Source: an uncultured Myxococcota bacterium
Lineage (GTDB): Bacteria; Myxococcota_A; Polyangia; Polyangiales; Houyiibacteriaceae
NCBI GenBank assembly: GCA_964196015.1
Contig: CAXMRM010000178.1
Location: 1 to 42,658 of the forward strand
DNA length: 42,658 nucleotides
Reading direction: 5' to 3'
The notes under the pieces were generated by a model that saw only the letters and a program-made list of their open reading frames with translations, did no database searches and was not told the DNA's origin. Within the stretch, counting starts at the first letter, position 1. Each line of letters opens with the position of its first letter. Both the position numbers and the translations under genes were made by a program. Shown here piece after piece: positions 26,775-35,096 of this stretch.

Positions 26775-26802
26775 AAGATAGTGATGCGTAGGGGCGAGTC
26801 AA
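26775..26802 (-). promoter_or_regulatory. candidate sigma70-type promoter for the L3-like gene
   Basis: The minus strand reads TTGACT-16 nt-TATCTT (plus-strand AGTCAA 26797-26802, AAGATA 26775-26780), about 30 nt upstream of GTG 26746. This is a pattern match only. Confidence 0.3.
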
Positions 26803-26833
26803 GGCGGATAGGGTCCGCGGTTCAAAAGCCCGA

Positions 26834-27613
26834 TTACTCTTGGATTCCGAAGACTCGAAGCGCGTTTTCATAGGTGGTCCGGGCGAGGGCCTCCGGGTCC
26901 TCTCCACGGAGTTCGGCGATCTGGGCCGCCGTATAGGCTACGTACGCGGGTTCATTACGTTCTCCCCGCTTCGGGATCGGGGCCAGATATGGGGCGTCGG
27001 TCTCGACCAGGAGGGCGTCTGCAGGCTGCTTGAGGGCGGCTTCCCGAACCGCGACCGCCTTCTTGAAAGTGACGATCCCGCTGAACGAGGAGACGAAACC
27101 CAGATCGAGTGCCGCGGCCGCGAAGGGGGCGTCCTCACTGAAGCAATGGATGATACCACCTACGTCCTGCGCCCGCTCTTCGCGCAGGATCTGGAGCGTT
27201 TCCTTCGGTGCCGAGCGCGTGTGGATGACGAGCGGCTTCCCGAGATCCTTGGCGATCGCGATCTGTCTTCGGAACGCCTCTTTCTGGGCGGGGCGGGACG
27301 AATGGTCGTAGTGGAAGTCGAGGCCGGTCTCGCCGATGGCGACCACCGACGGGTCGGCGCCGGCCTCGCGAATTGCGCCGCAGACCTCATCGTCGAGGTG
27401 TTTGGCGTCGTGCGGATGAACGCCTACGGTCGCCGAGATTCGATCCGGGTGCTGCCGTGCGATCGCGACTGCCGACATCACCGAGGCGACATCGTTCGCG
27501 CACCCGATGGTGGTGATGCGCCGCACGCCCGCTTCCTTCGCCCGATCGAGCACAGCGTCGAGGTCTGCGAGAAGGCGCGGGTCGTCCAAGTGGCAATGGG
27601 TATCGAAGAGCAT
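26834..27613 (-). CDS. TatD-family metal-dependent hydrolase
   Basis: MLFDTHCHLDD start, GETGLDFHY and IHCFSE motifs typical of TatD/YabD. 259 aa. Confidence 0.9.
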   Translation of the reverse strand: MLFDTHCHLDDPRLLADLDAVLDRAKEAGVRRITTIGCANDVASVMSAVAIARQHPDRISATVGVHPHDAKHLDDEVCGAIREAGADPSVVAIGETGLDFHYDHSSRPAQKEAFRRQIAIAKDLGKPLVIHTRSAPKETLQILREERAQDVGGIIHCFSEDAPFAAAALDLGFVSSFSGIVTFKKAVAVREAALKQPADALLVETDAPYLAPIPKRGERNEPAYVAYTAAQIAELRGEDPEALARTTYENALRVFGIQE

Positions 27614-27625
27614 CGTTCGCTTCCG

Positions 27626-28636
27626 CTACGCAGGTTGATTCGCTTGGCGGAGCGAAGCAAGCAAGGCTTTCGCCTCGGCGCTTTTCGGCGCGAGTTGTTC
27701 GAGCGTGGTTTCGTAGGCGGACCGTTCGCCCTTTCGGCTTCTGCGGAACGCGCGGGCCAGGTCGGGTATCAGCGAGGTGAGCTCGAGCTCGCCGACGAGT
27801 TGCACGGCGTATTGCCTGGCTTCGATACGCCAGCTTCGAACGAGCCCGCGAATCACTTCGGTCCCCGCCGGGTCACCGAGGCGGACGAGCGCACGCGCCG
27901 CGGCCGCCCGTAAAATAGGGGAGCGCCACCGATGTTTCGCCAGATGCGTGAGCGCACTCAGCGAGTCGCGGTCTGCCAAGTCGCCGAGCCCAATCGCGGC
28001 AGGGAAGGCCCGGTCCGGCCGGGTGAGCGCGGCGCGCAGCGCGGGTGCGCCTCTCGCGTCGCCCAACGCCGCGAGCGCCGTTGCGGCGGCGAACCGGACG
28101 GCGTCCGAAGGGTCTTGGAGCAAGCCCGCAACAGCATCTACGCTGCCGGTCGTGCCGAGCTCGCCCAGACATTGCACAGTCAGCAAGCGGACTTCTTCAT
28201 CTTCGTCTCTGAGGCCTTCCGCGATTCGATGGGAATGACCCGCGCCCAAGTAGGACAACGTCCAAATCGCCGAGAAGCGCATCTCCGGGCGGGAATCGTC
28301 GAGTAGGGCCGCGATCGCATCCGCGCCTTCTTCGGGTGCAATTCGTCCGGCGGCGAGCACGGCCGCTTGCCGGGCGCCCATGTGCTCGTCCTCGAAGGCG
28401 TCGAGCAGAGTGTTCAGTCCCTCCATCGCCGCGAGTATGCCGAGCGACTCGTACGCAGCCTCACGCACTGCGCCAACCTCGTCCTTTGCCAGGACCAACA
28501 AGCCCTGCACTGCTTCGTCTATTCGTTCCAGGGTGGGTTCGCTCAGACGCGCGGCAGCGGCGCCACGAAAACGCGGTTGTTGAGCTCGCACGTCGCGTAG
28601 TGCAGCCTCGAACGTCGGTGCGAGCGGCGGGATCAC
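27626..28636 (-). CDS. HEAT-repeat (PBS-lyase-like) protein
   Basis: Repeated roughly 30-aa units of the form D....VR..A..ALG.LG. (e.g. DEDEEVRLLTVQCLGELG, DPSDAVRFAAATALAALGD). The GTG start overlaps the metG stop (GTGA). Confidence 0.75.
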   Translation of the reverse strand: MIPPLAPTFEAALRDVRAQQPRFRGAAAARLSEPTLERIDEAVQGLLVLAKDEVGAVREAAYESLGILAAMEGLNTLLDAFEDEHMGARQAAVLAAGRIAPEEGADAIAALLDDSRPEMRFSAIWTLSYLGAGHSHRIAEGLRDEDEEVRLLTVQCLGELGTTGSVDAVAGLLQDPSDAVRFAAATALAALGDARGAPALRAALTRPDRAFPAAIGLGDLADRDSLSALTHLAKHRWRSPILRAAAARALVRLGDPAGTEVIRGLVRSWRIEARQYAVQLVGELELTSLIPDLARAFRRSRKGERSAYETTLEQLAPKSAEAKALLASLRQANQPA

Positions 28637-30657
28637 TTCACGCGCGCTCCGGGCTGGACGTCCTTATCGACACCGAGGACGCAGAGACCATCGTCGTCGC
28701 TTGCTGCGAGCACCATCCCTTGCGACTCCAACCCCATGAGCTTGCGGGGCTTCAGGTTGGCGACGATCAGCACACGCCGGCCGACCAAATCCTCGGGAGC
28801 ATAGTGCTCGGCAATGCCAGCGATAATCTGGCGCGGCTGCGCTTCGCCGGCGTCGACGGTCAGCTTCAGTAGCTTCCTACTCTTTTCGACCTTCTCCACC
28901 TCTTTGATCAAGGCTATGCGAAGGTCGACCTTGGTGAAGTCGTCGAACTCGATGAATTCGTTTTCGCTTTGTTCGGTCTCTGTCATTGCACGGGCCTTCT
29001 TGTTTTCGGCACGAGGAGCCTCGACTCCGAGCCGCTCCAAAATCGAGCGCTCCTGACTTTCGTCGAATCGTGGGAAGAGTGGGGTGGCGGTTCGGGTTTG
29101 GGTGCCCGGTCGCAGCCCGCCCCAGGCGCTCGGCCAGAGGTCGACCTGCTCCGTCGGTAGCAGCGGGGGCATCCCGATCTGCTCGCGAAGCTCGTTGCAT
29201 TTCTCGGGCATCACCGGGAACAACATAATCGAAAGCCATCGCAGCGTTTCGAGCACCGTGTAACAGACTTGCTCCAGCCGCGTTTTGTCGTCTTGCTTGG
29301 CGAGCTTCCAGGGCTCCGTCGAGTCGACGTACTTATTCGCCGCCGAAACGAGCTCCCATATGGTGTCGAGGGCACGGTGAAAGGCGAGCGCTTCGAGGTG
29401 CTTCGCCGCCTGTTGCGCGGCCGCGTTCGCCTTGTCGATCAGCAGCTGGTCGGCCTCTTCGAGGGCAGCGAGGTCGACGCTCGGCACAAGGCCGTCGAGG
29501 TTGTTTTTCAGGATGCTCGCGACGATCCGGTTCACCAGATTACCGAGTCCGTTGGCGAGCTCGCCGTTGTATCGATTGAGCAGGTTGCGATGGCTGAAGT
29601 CGCCGTCTTGGCCGAAGCCAACCTCGCGCATGAGGTAGTAGCGCAACACATCGGCACCGAACGCTTCGACCAATGGGCCTGGCGGAAGGAAGTTGCCGAG
29701 GGACTTCGACATTTTCTCGCCGTTCACCGTGAGCCAGCCGTGGGCCCAGATCTGCGTCGGAAGCCGGATTCCCGCGCTCATCAAGAAGGCAGGCCAGTAA
29801 ATCGTGTGGAAGCGAAGAATGTCTTTGCCGACGATGTGCGTGATCTTCTCGGAGGACTGCCAGAATTCGTCGTAGAGCGGCACTTCGCCTTCTTCGGCTG
29901 GTCCGCCGAGCGCGCTCACGTAGTTCATCAAGGCGTCGAGCCACACATAGATGACGTGCTCGGGGTCCTCGGGCACCGGCACACCCCAGCGGAAGCTTGT
30001 CCGGGAGATCGACAAGTCGCGTAGCCCCTCTTTGACGAACGACTTCACCTCGTTGAAGCGCGCTTCCGGTCGAACGAAATCCGGGTGTGCCGCGTAGAAA
30101 TCGAGGAGCGGCTGCGTGTAATTGCTCAGCCGGAAGAAGTAGCTGCGCTCCTTGATGCGCTCGACCGGCTTCTGATGAATCGAGCAGATGTTGCCTTCGA
30201 GGAGCTCTTTCTCGGTCTTGAATGACTCGCACCCGACGCAGTACCAATCTTCGTAGTCGTCGAGATAGATGTCGCCCTTGGCCTGCATGAGCTTCCAGAG
30301 CGCTTGAACGCGCTCGCGGTGCTGGGCGGACGTCGTGCGAATGAAACCGTCGTGGGCGCATCCGAGCTCTTCCCAGGCCGAGCGGAAGGGTGCGGCCATC
30401 TGGTCGACGAAGTCTTGGGGGGCGAGGCCTTCTTCCTTCGCGCGGCGCTCAATCTTCAATCCGTGCTCGTCGAGACCGGTTAGGAAGTACGTGGGCTTGC
30501 CGCGAAGGCGCTGATACCGTGACACTACGTCCGCGGCCACGGTGGAGTACGCGTGCCCGATGTGGGGCCGATCGTTGACGTAGTAGATCGGCGTGGTGAC
30601 GTAGTAGGGACGAACCATTTCGCGCCCGAGACTAGCCAAAATCGGCCGAGACGCCAC
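28633..30657 (-). CDS. metG: methionine--tRNA ligase with a C-terminal tRNA-binding domain
   Basis: HIGH motif (PHIGHAYS), KMSKS motif (GEKMSKSLGN) and a C-terminal Trbp111/EMAP-like domain (FTKVDLRIALIKEVEKV...). The ATG at 30618 (MVRPYYVTTPIYY) is an alternative start. Confidence 0.92.
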   Translation of the reverse strand: MASRPILASLGREMVRPYYVTTPIYYVNDRPHIGHAYSTVAADVVSRYQRLRGKPTYFLTGLDEHGLKIERRAKEEGLAPQDFVDQMAAPFRSAWEELGCAHDGFIRTTSAQHRERVQALWKLMQAKGDIYLDDYEDWYCVGCESFKTEKELLEGNICSIHQKPVERIKERSYFFRLSNYTQPLLDFYAAHPDFVRPEARFNEVKSFVKEGLRDLSISRTSFRWGVPVPEDPEHVIYVWLDALMNYVSALGGPAEEGEVPLYDEFWQSSEKITHIVGKDILRFHTIYWPAFLMSAGIRLPTQIWAHGWLTVNGEKMSKSLGNFLPPGPLVEAFGADVLRYYLMREVGFGQDGDFSHRNLLNRYNGELANGLGNLVNRIVASILKNNLDGLVPSVDLAALEEADQLLIDKANAAAQQAAKHLEALAFHRALDTIWELVSAANKYVDSTEPWKLAKQDDKTRLEQVCYTVLETLRWLSIMLFPVMPEKCNELREQIGMPPLLPTEQVDLWPSAWGGLRPGTQTRTATPLFPRFDESQERSILERLGVEAPRAENKKARAMTETEQSENEFIEFDDFTKVDLRIALIKEVEKVEKSRKLLKLTVDAGEAQPRQIIAGIAEHYAPEDLVGRRVLIVANLKPRKLMGLESQGMVLAASDDDGLCVLGVDKDVQPGARVK

Positions 30658-31641
30658 CTAGCGCACGTTTCGAAGACTAAACAGCAGCGAGTCTAGCGCA
30701 ACTTGCCGATTGGCGTTCTGTTGCATGGATCGCACGCACTCGTGAATGAGGGAGACTCGCGCGGCGGCAGTGCTCGGCGAGACTGAGGCCGCTCGTTCCT
30801 GGATCTCTTCTCCTCGCGCGGAGAACCCGAGCTCGTCGGCGGGAAGACCAAGCGAGGCCACCGCGAGGTCTCGGTACAAGGTTTGGAGCGTGAGTAGCGC
30901 CAGCTCGAGGTCATCCCGCCGTGCCAAGTGCTCGGAGAGCTCAACCAGAGCTCCCGGGCCGGAGCCGCGAACCGCGTCGTCGACCGACATCACCAGCTCG
31001 GTGAGAGCGTCCACCGCACCGTCGCTCGCGAGTGCAAGCGCGACGTCCGCCCGTCCCGTGCTCAGCGCGATTGCCGGGGCGATGGAATCCTCGGGGACTC
31101 CCTCGGATTCGAGGATGTCGCGCAGGACTGCATTGGGAAGGCGCGCGAAGCGGATCCGTTGGCACCGCGACCGAATGGTCGGCAGGAGCGAGTCGGCGCG
31201 CTCCGAGGTGAGAATGAAGTGCACGTTGGGGCGTGGTTCCTCCAGCGTCTTGAGCAAGGCGTTGGCGGCCTCCGCCTGGAAGACGGGGAACGAGACGTCT
31301 GCCTCGGGAAAGATGAAGAACGTCGAAGCCGCTTCGAAGGGCGCGAACTGCGCGAGGGGCAGGATCTCCGTGCGGAGAACTTCGACTTGGATGTTGCGCT
31401 TGCCGTCGTCTCGCGGCCGGAATACGCGCACGTCGGGATGCGACCCCGATTTGATTCGGTCGACGAGGTGTGGATCGCCTCCCGCTACGATGTCCGCCGC
31501 AAACGAAAGTGCGGTGAGCTCCTTGCCGACGCCGCTAGGTCCGTCGAATAGGTAGGCCGACGCCACACGGCCGTGCGCGCGCGCCCGCAAGAGCGCTTGA
31601 ACCGCAGCATCCTGAGCTCGCACCGACTCGAGCGCGCTCAC
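30658..31641 (-). CDS. holB: DNA polymerase III delta-prime subunit
   Basis: AYLFDGPSGVGK, LLKTLEEP and TIRSRCQRIRF motifs. The GTG at 31641 overlaps the TetR gene stop (GTGA). The 754-aa track ORF upstream of this point is antisense to tetR/mazG. Confidence 0.85.
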   Translation of the reverse strand: MSALESVRAQDAAVQALLRARAHGRVASAYLFDGPSGVGKELTALSFAADIVAGGDPHLVDRIKSGSHPDVRVFRPRDDGKRNIQVEVLRTEILPLAQFAPFEAASTFFIFPEADVSFPVFQAEAANALLKTLEEPRPNVHFILTSERADSLLPTIRSRCQRIRFARLPNAVLRDILESEGVPEDSIAPAIALSTGRADVALALASDGAVDALTELVMSVDDAVRGSGPGALVELSEHLARRDDLELALLTLQTLYRDLAVASLGLPADELGFSARGEEIQERAASVSPSTAAARVSLIHECVRSMQQNANRQVALDSLLFSLRNVR

Positions 31642-32243
31642 TTGCCGGAGCCTCTGGTGAAGATCGAGATCGCGATCGTTTGGACGGCGTCCACCACTTC
31701 GTCCGGAGACAACGCATCGGGATCGGCGAATGCCTGCATCACGAGACCATCGAGCAGCCCGATGACGATCCGGGGCAAGATGTCGATCGAGATCCGCGGC
31801 TCGAGACCCAGCGATATCAGATTCTCTTGCAGGTAGTCGCGAATTTGCTGGGCGCCGAGCTCGTAGAACTCTGCCAGCTTCGGCCGGAGCGATTCGTCGT
31901 ACAGACTCAACGCCAGCAGATCCGCGACGACGAGAGCTTCGTCGGTGCGCTCCACTCGCGTCGCCCAGAGCTCTTCGAGCGACTTCCGAAGCGCCTCGAA
32001 TGGATTGTCTGACGGAGACCAGGCCTGCACCGTGCGCGCTTGGACGACGTTGCACGCGGTTTCGAGCACCGCGTGTATCAGCGCCTCCTTGGTCGGGTAG
32101 TGATAGTGCAGAGCGCCCTTGCTCATGCCTGCCTCTTTGGCGATCTCGAACAGGCTGGTCCTGGCGTAGCCCTGGCGCGCCAGGACGCGGATCGCCGCGT
32201 CGATGATCTGCTGGGAGCTGACCGCGCTCTTTGCGTACGCCAT
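31638..32243 (-). CDS. TetR/AcrR-family transcriptional regulator
   Basis: N-terminal HTH IIDAAIRVLARQGYARTSLFEIAKEAGMSKGALHYHYPTKEALI. The start at ATG 32243 (MAYAKSAV) was verified in the sequence. Confidence 0.85.
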   Translation of the reverse strand: MAYAKSAVSSQQIIDAAIRVLARQGYARTSLFEIAKEAGMSKGALHYHYPTKEALIHAVLETACNVVQARTVQAWSPSDNPFEALRKSLEELWATRVERTDEALVVADLLALSLYDESLRPKLAEFYELGAQQIRDYLQENLISLGLEPRISIDILPRIVIGLLDGLVMQAFADPDALSPDEVVDAVQTIAISIFTRGSGK

Positions 32244-32286
32244 TGATCGGGGACAATGACGCCTGCTCCTGGGGCTCGTCAACCGC

Positions 32287-33090
32287 TTGTGCTACAGCCG
32301 CCCGGTGAGTGAACAAGGTCAGTCGCTTGCGCGTCTCGTCGAGCTGATGCGCACACTGCTCGGTCCCGACGGCTGTCCCTGGGATCGTGAGCAGACCCTC
32401 GAGACCCTCCGGCAGTACGTGATCGAGGAGGCGCACGAGGTCGCAGATGCGATCGATCAGGGCACCCCAGAGATGCTCCGAGAAGAGCTCGGCGACCTTC
32501 TGCTGCAGGTCGTCTTCCAGGCTTCCCTCACGGAGCGAAAAGGGTGGTTCGACATCGACGGCGTGGTCGATGCGATATACGACAAGCTCGTTCGCCGGCA
32601 CCCGTGGGTTTTCGGAGACGAAAAGGTCGACGACGCCAGTGGCGCCATCAATAGCTGGGAAGCGATTAAGGCCAAGGAAAAGAAAGAGGGAGGCGCGCTC
32701 AGCGGAGTGCCGGTTGCGTTGCCGAGTCTTCTGCGTGCAGTGCGCATCGGAGAAAAGGCCAGCGCCGTCGGCTACGACTGGCCGGATGCCGGTGGTCCAC
32801 GCGACAAGGTCGACGAGGAGCTGAAAGAGCTCGACGAGGCGGCCGAGAGCAAAGACATGGCCGCTCTTGAGCACGAGCTCGGCGACCTGCTGTTTGCCCT
32901 CGCGACCTATGGCCGCAAGCAAGGTCTAGACCCGGAAGCCGCACTTCGGGGTTCGCTCAATCGGTTCTCCTCACGCTTCCGACATTGCGAGCTTGCCGCC
33001 CAAGCCGAGGGCAAGGGTCTCCGCGACTACGACGAGCCAGCGCTCGACGAGATGTGGGAGCGCGCCAAGGCCGTCGAGCGCAAGGGTTAG
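32287..33090 (+). CDS. mazG: nucleoside triphosphate pyrophosphohydrolase MazG
   Basis: CPWDREQTLETLRQYVIEEAHEVADAI and a second MazG repeat (GYDWPD...ELGDLLFAL). The GTG at 32305 is an alternative start. Confidence 0.88.
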   Translation: MCYSRPVSEQGQSLARLVELMRTLLGPDGCPWDREQTLETLRQYVIEEAHEVADAIDQGTPEMLREELGDLLLQVVFQASLTERKGWFDIDGVVDAIYDKLVRRHPWVFGDEKVDDASGAINSWEAIKAKEKKEGGALSGVPVALPSLLRAVRIGEKASAVGYDWPDAGGPRDKVDEELKELDEAAESKDMAALEHELGDLLFALATYGRKQGLDPEAALRGSLNRFSSRFRHCELAAQAEGKGLRDYDEPALDEMWERAKAVERKG

Positions 33091-33103
33091 GCCCGTAGGA
33101 CGG

Positions 33104-34018
33104 TCACAGTCGTTCTGCTGGAAACGGCATCACAGCCTGTATCGAGTCGGCGCCAACGAGGAGCATCAGTAATCGGTCGACTCCGAGCGCGTTGCCGCCG
33201 CTTTCGGGCATGCCCCGTGCCAAGTCCTCGAGAAACCGCTCGTCGATCGGATAGACCGGGATCCCGGCTGCTTGGCGTTCCGCTTGGTCCCGTTGGAACC
33301 GCCGTCGCTGCTCCTGTGCGTCGGTCAGCTCGCCGAAGCCATTGCAAAGCTCCACGCCGCGGAAGAACGCCTCGAACCGATCCGCCATTCCGTTCGGCTT
33401 GAGCCTTGCAAGTGACGCCATCGAGGCCGGCCAATCGGTCACGACGACAGGCCGCTCGTTGCCGAGAGCTGGCTGGACCTCCTCGGCCCACACGCGAAAG
33501 AATCGCTCCTCGTCGTTCACCAACGTATCGAGCTCGACGTTCGCATGGAACTGGAGCGCTTCGTCGACAGTTAGCCGCTGCCACGGTGGCTGAACCTCGG
33601 GGGCGGGTTGGTCCAGCGCGTTCGCAACAAACGCCACCAGCTCTTCGGTGTCGCCGATCACGTCGTCCGAGGTCGCGTTCGTCCGGTACCATTCGAGCAT
33701 CGTGAACTCGCGTTCGTGATGCCGGCCGTGCTCTTCGCCGCGGTAGCTTCGGCACAGCTGAAAGATGCGCTGCGCCCCTGCGCTCAGCAGACGCTTCATC
33801 TGATACTCGGGGCTCGTGGCGAGCCAACCGACCGAGTCGCCCTTCGGGTCCCGCACCTCGAACGCCGCCAGATGCACGTCGAGCCCGGGGGAGGGCACGA
33901 TGGCCGGCGTCTCTACCTCGATGAAGTCACGTTCTTCGAAGAAGCGCCGAATTGCGCCGAGGAGCACGGCGCGAAGCTCCAAGACCTGCAGCACAGCGGA
34001 ATCAGCGGGCGCCGCCAC
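33104..34018 (-). CDS. epmA: EF-P--(R)-beta-lysine ligase (truncated class II LysRS paralog, EpmA/PoxA/GenX)
   Basis: RDFIEVETPAIV, PEYQMKRLLSAG, RIFQLCRSYRGEE and EFTMLEWY class II aaRS motifs. It has no anticodon-binding domain and lies directly downstream of efp. Confidence 0.85.
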   Translation of the reverse strand: MAAPADSAVLQVLELRAVLLGAIRRFFEERDFIEVETPAIVPSPGLDVHLAAFEVRDPKGDSVGWLATSPEYQMKRLLSAGAQRIFQLCRSYRGEEHGRHHEREFTMLEWYRTNATSDDVIGDTEELVAFVANALDQPAPEVQPPWQRLTVDEALQFHANVELDTLVNDEERFFRVWAEEVQPALGNERPVVVTDWPASMASLARLKPNGMADRFEAFFRGVELCNGFGELTDAQEQRRRFQRDQAERQAAGIPVYPIDERFLEDLARGMPESGGNALGVDRLLMLLVGADSIQAVMPFPAERL

Positions 34019-34026
34019 TCGAGCAC

Positions 34027-34590
34027 TCAGCCTTTGACGCGCTCCACGTAGTTGCCAGTGCGCGTGTCGACCTTCACCTTGTCGCCGGCATTGACGAAGA
34101 GTGGCACGTTGACCTGCAGACCCGTCTCGAGTGTTGCGGGCTTAGTCGTGTTGCTGCTGGTGTCGCCTTTGAACCCGGGCTCCGTTTCGGTGACCGCAAG
34201 CTCGACGAACGTCGGCGGCGTGACGCCGATGGGGCGGCCGTCGAAGAGCATGATGTCCACCTCGGTCCCATCGAGGAGATAGTACGCGCTGTCGCCGAGT
34301 TGCTCGTTGGACAGGGACAGCTGCTCGTAGCTCCGTGTATCCATGAAGACGCGCGCGTCGCCCTCGGGGTAGAGGTACTGCATCGTGCGTTCTTCGGTGT
34401 CGGCCTTCTCGAGTTTCTCCCCGCTCTTGAATGTCCGGTCGATCACAGCGCCCGTCATCATGTTCTTGATGCGGGTGCGGACGAAGGCTTGGCCTTTGCC
34501 CGGCTTCACGAACTGGTGGTCGACGACGGCAAAGGGCACGCCGTCCATGAGCATCTTGAAGCCTTTTTTGATATCTGAGGTATCTGCCAT
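34027..34590 (-). CDS. efp: elongation factor P
   Basis: MADTSDIKKG...VKPGKGQAFVRTRIKN (modified-loop Lys present), 187 aa. The start at ATG 34590 was verified in the sequence. Confidence 0.93.
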   Translation of the reverse strand: MADTSDIKKGFKMLMDGVPFAVVDHQFVKPGKGQAFVRTRIKNMMTGAVIDRTFKSGEKLEKADTEERTMQYLYPEGDARVFMDTRSYEQLSLSNEQLGDSAYYLLDGTEVDIMLFDGRPIGVTPPTFVELAVTETEPGFKGDTSSNTTKPATLETGLQVNVPLFVNAGDKVKVDTRTGNYVERVKG

Positions 34591-34594
34591 TGGA

Positions 34595-35014
34595 TTAGTT
34601 TTCGCGGATTTTCTGAGAGGCGACGAGAAGGCCGCTCGGTTGATTGGGAGTCTCGCTGCTCTCGGCGGTGATCTGCACCTCGAACTCGCGCAACGCGGTC
34701 GGAATCGACGCCCGGCCGACCTGCGTCTCTGCATCATAGTCGAGCGCCCGCTGTCGCACCGGATTTTCGCCGACGGGGGTGAACCAAACGATGTAGTGGG
34801 TCAGGCCGAGCTCGATCCTTTCCGGAGAGAGGAGGTGGTCCAGTGTTACCGTGATGAGGATTTCCTTCCGGTCGATCTTCTCGACGTCGATCTGGCCGTC
34901 TGTCGACGGCACATAGGCGCTGCCGACCAAGGCGTAGTCGCCCGGCGGATTGCAGCTCGCGATCATCGAAACCGCGATCAGCGAGATAAGGCGCAGTCCG
35001 ACGGAATCCTCCAT
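34595..35014 (-). CDS. small lipoprotein, unknown function
   Basis: MEDSVGLRLISLIAVSMIASC lipobox, 139 aa. Its TAA lies 4 nt before the efp ATG. The longer 227-aa track ORF was trimmed to this start. Confidence 0.6.
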   Translation of the reverse strand: MEDSVGLRLISLIAVSMIASCNPPGDYALVGSAYVPSTDGQIDVEKIDRKEILITVTLDHLLSPERIELGLTHYIVWFTPVGENPVRQRALDYDAETQVGRASIPTALREFEVQITAESSETPNQPSGLLVASQKIREN

Positions 35015-35096
35015 GGCTCGGCTTGTAGGCGGCGCATCTGGCCCCGTCAAGCGCCTGCGCTTGCCTTGCGTCCGGGTCGGTTGTACTCCGAGTTTC

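Noticed and set aside
26840-27913. 357-aa plus-strand ORF, together with similar long antisense ORFs at 24406-25359, 25991-26761, 29269-30024, 29540-30361, 37529-38458, 20840-21748, 21765-22622 and 16521-17450
   Set aside because: Each lies opposite to, or out of frame with, a gene that has clear family motifs (TatD, TPR, L3, MetRS, GATase-like, amidase, GlnD, PilT). They are Arg/Pro/Gly-rich translations with no motifs.
32241-32258. CATTG-N8-CAATG inverted repeat in the tetR-mazG divergent region as a TetR operator
   Set aside because: The arms are only 5 bp, it overlaps the tetR start codon, and a match this short is expected by chance. It is not reportable as a site without binding data.
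30658-32922. 754-aa ORF, the longest minus-strand ORF in this area
   Set aside because: Only its 3' third (30658-31641) matches a real protein, HolB. The upstream part is Arg/Ala/Gly-rich, overlaps the TetR gene in another frame and is antisense to mazG. This is a typical GC-rich shadow extension.
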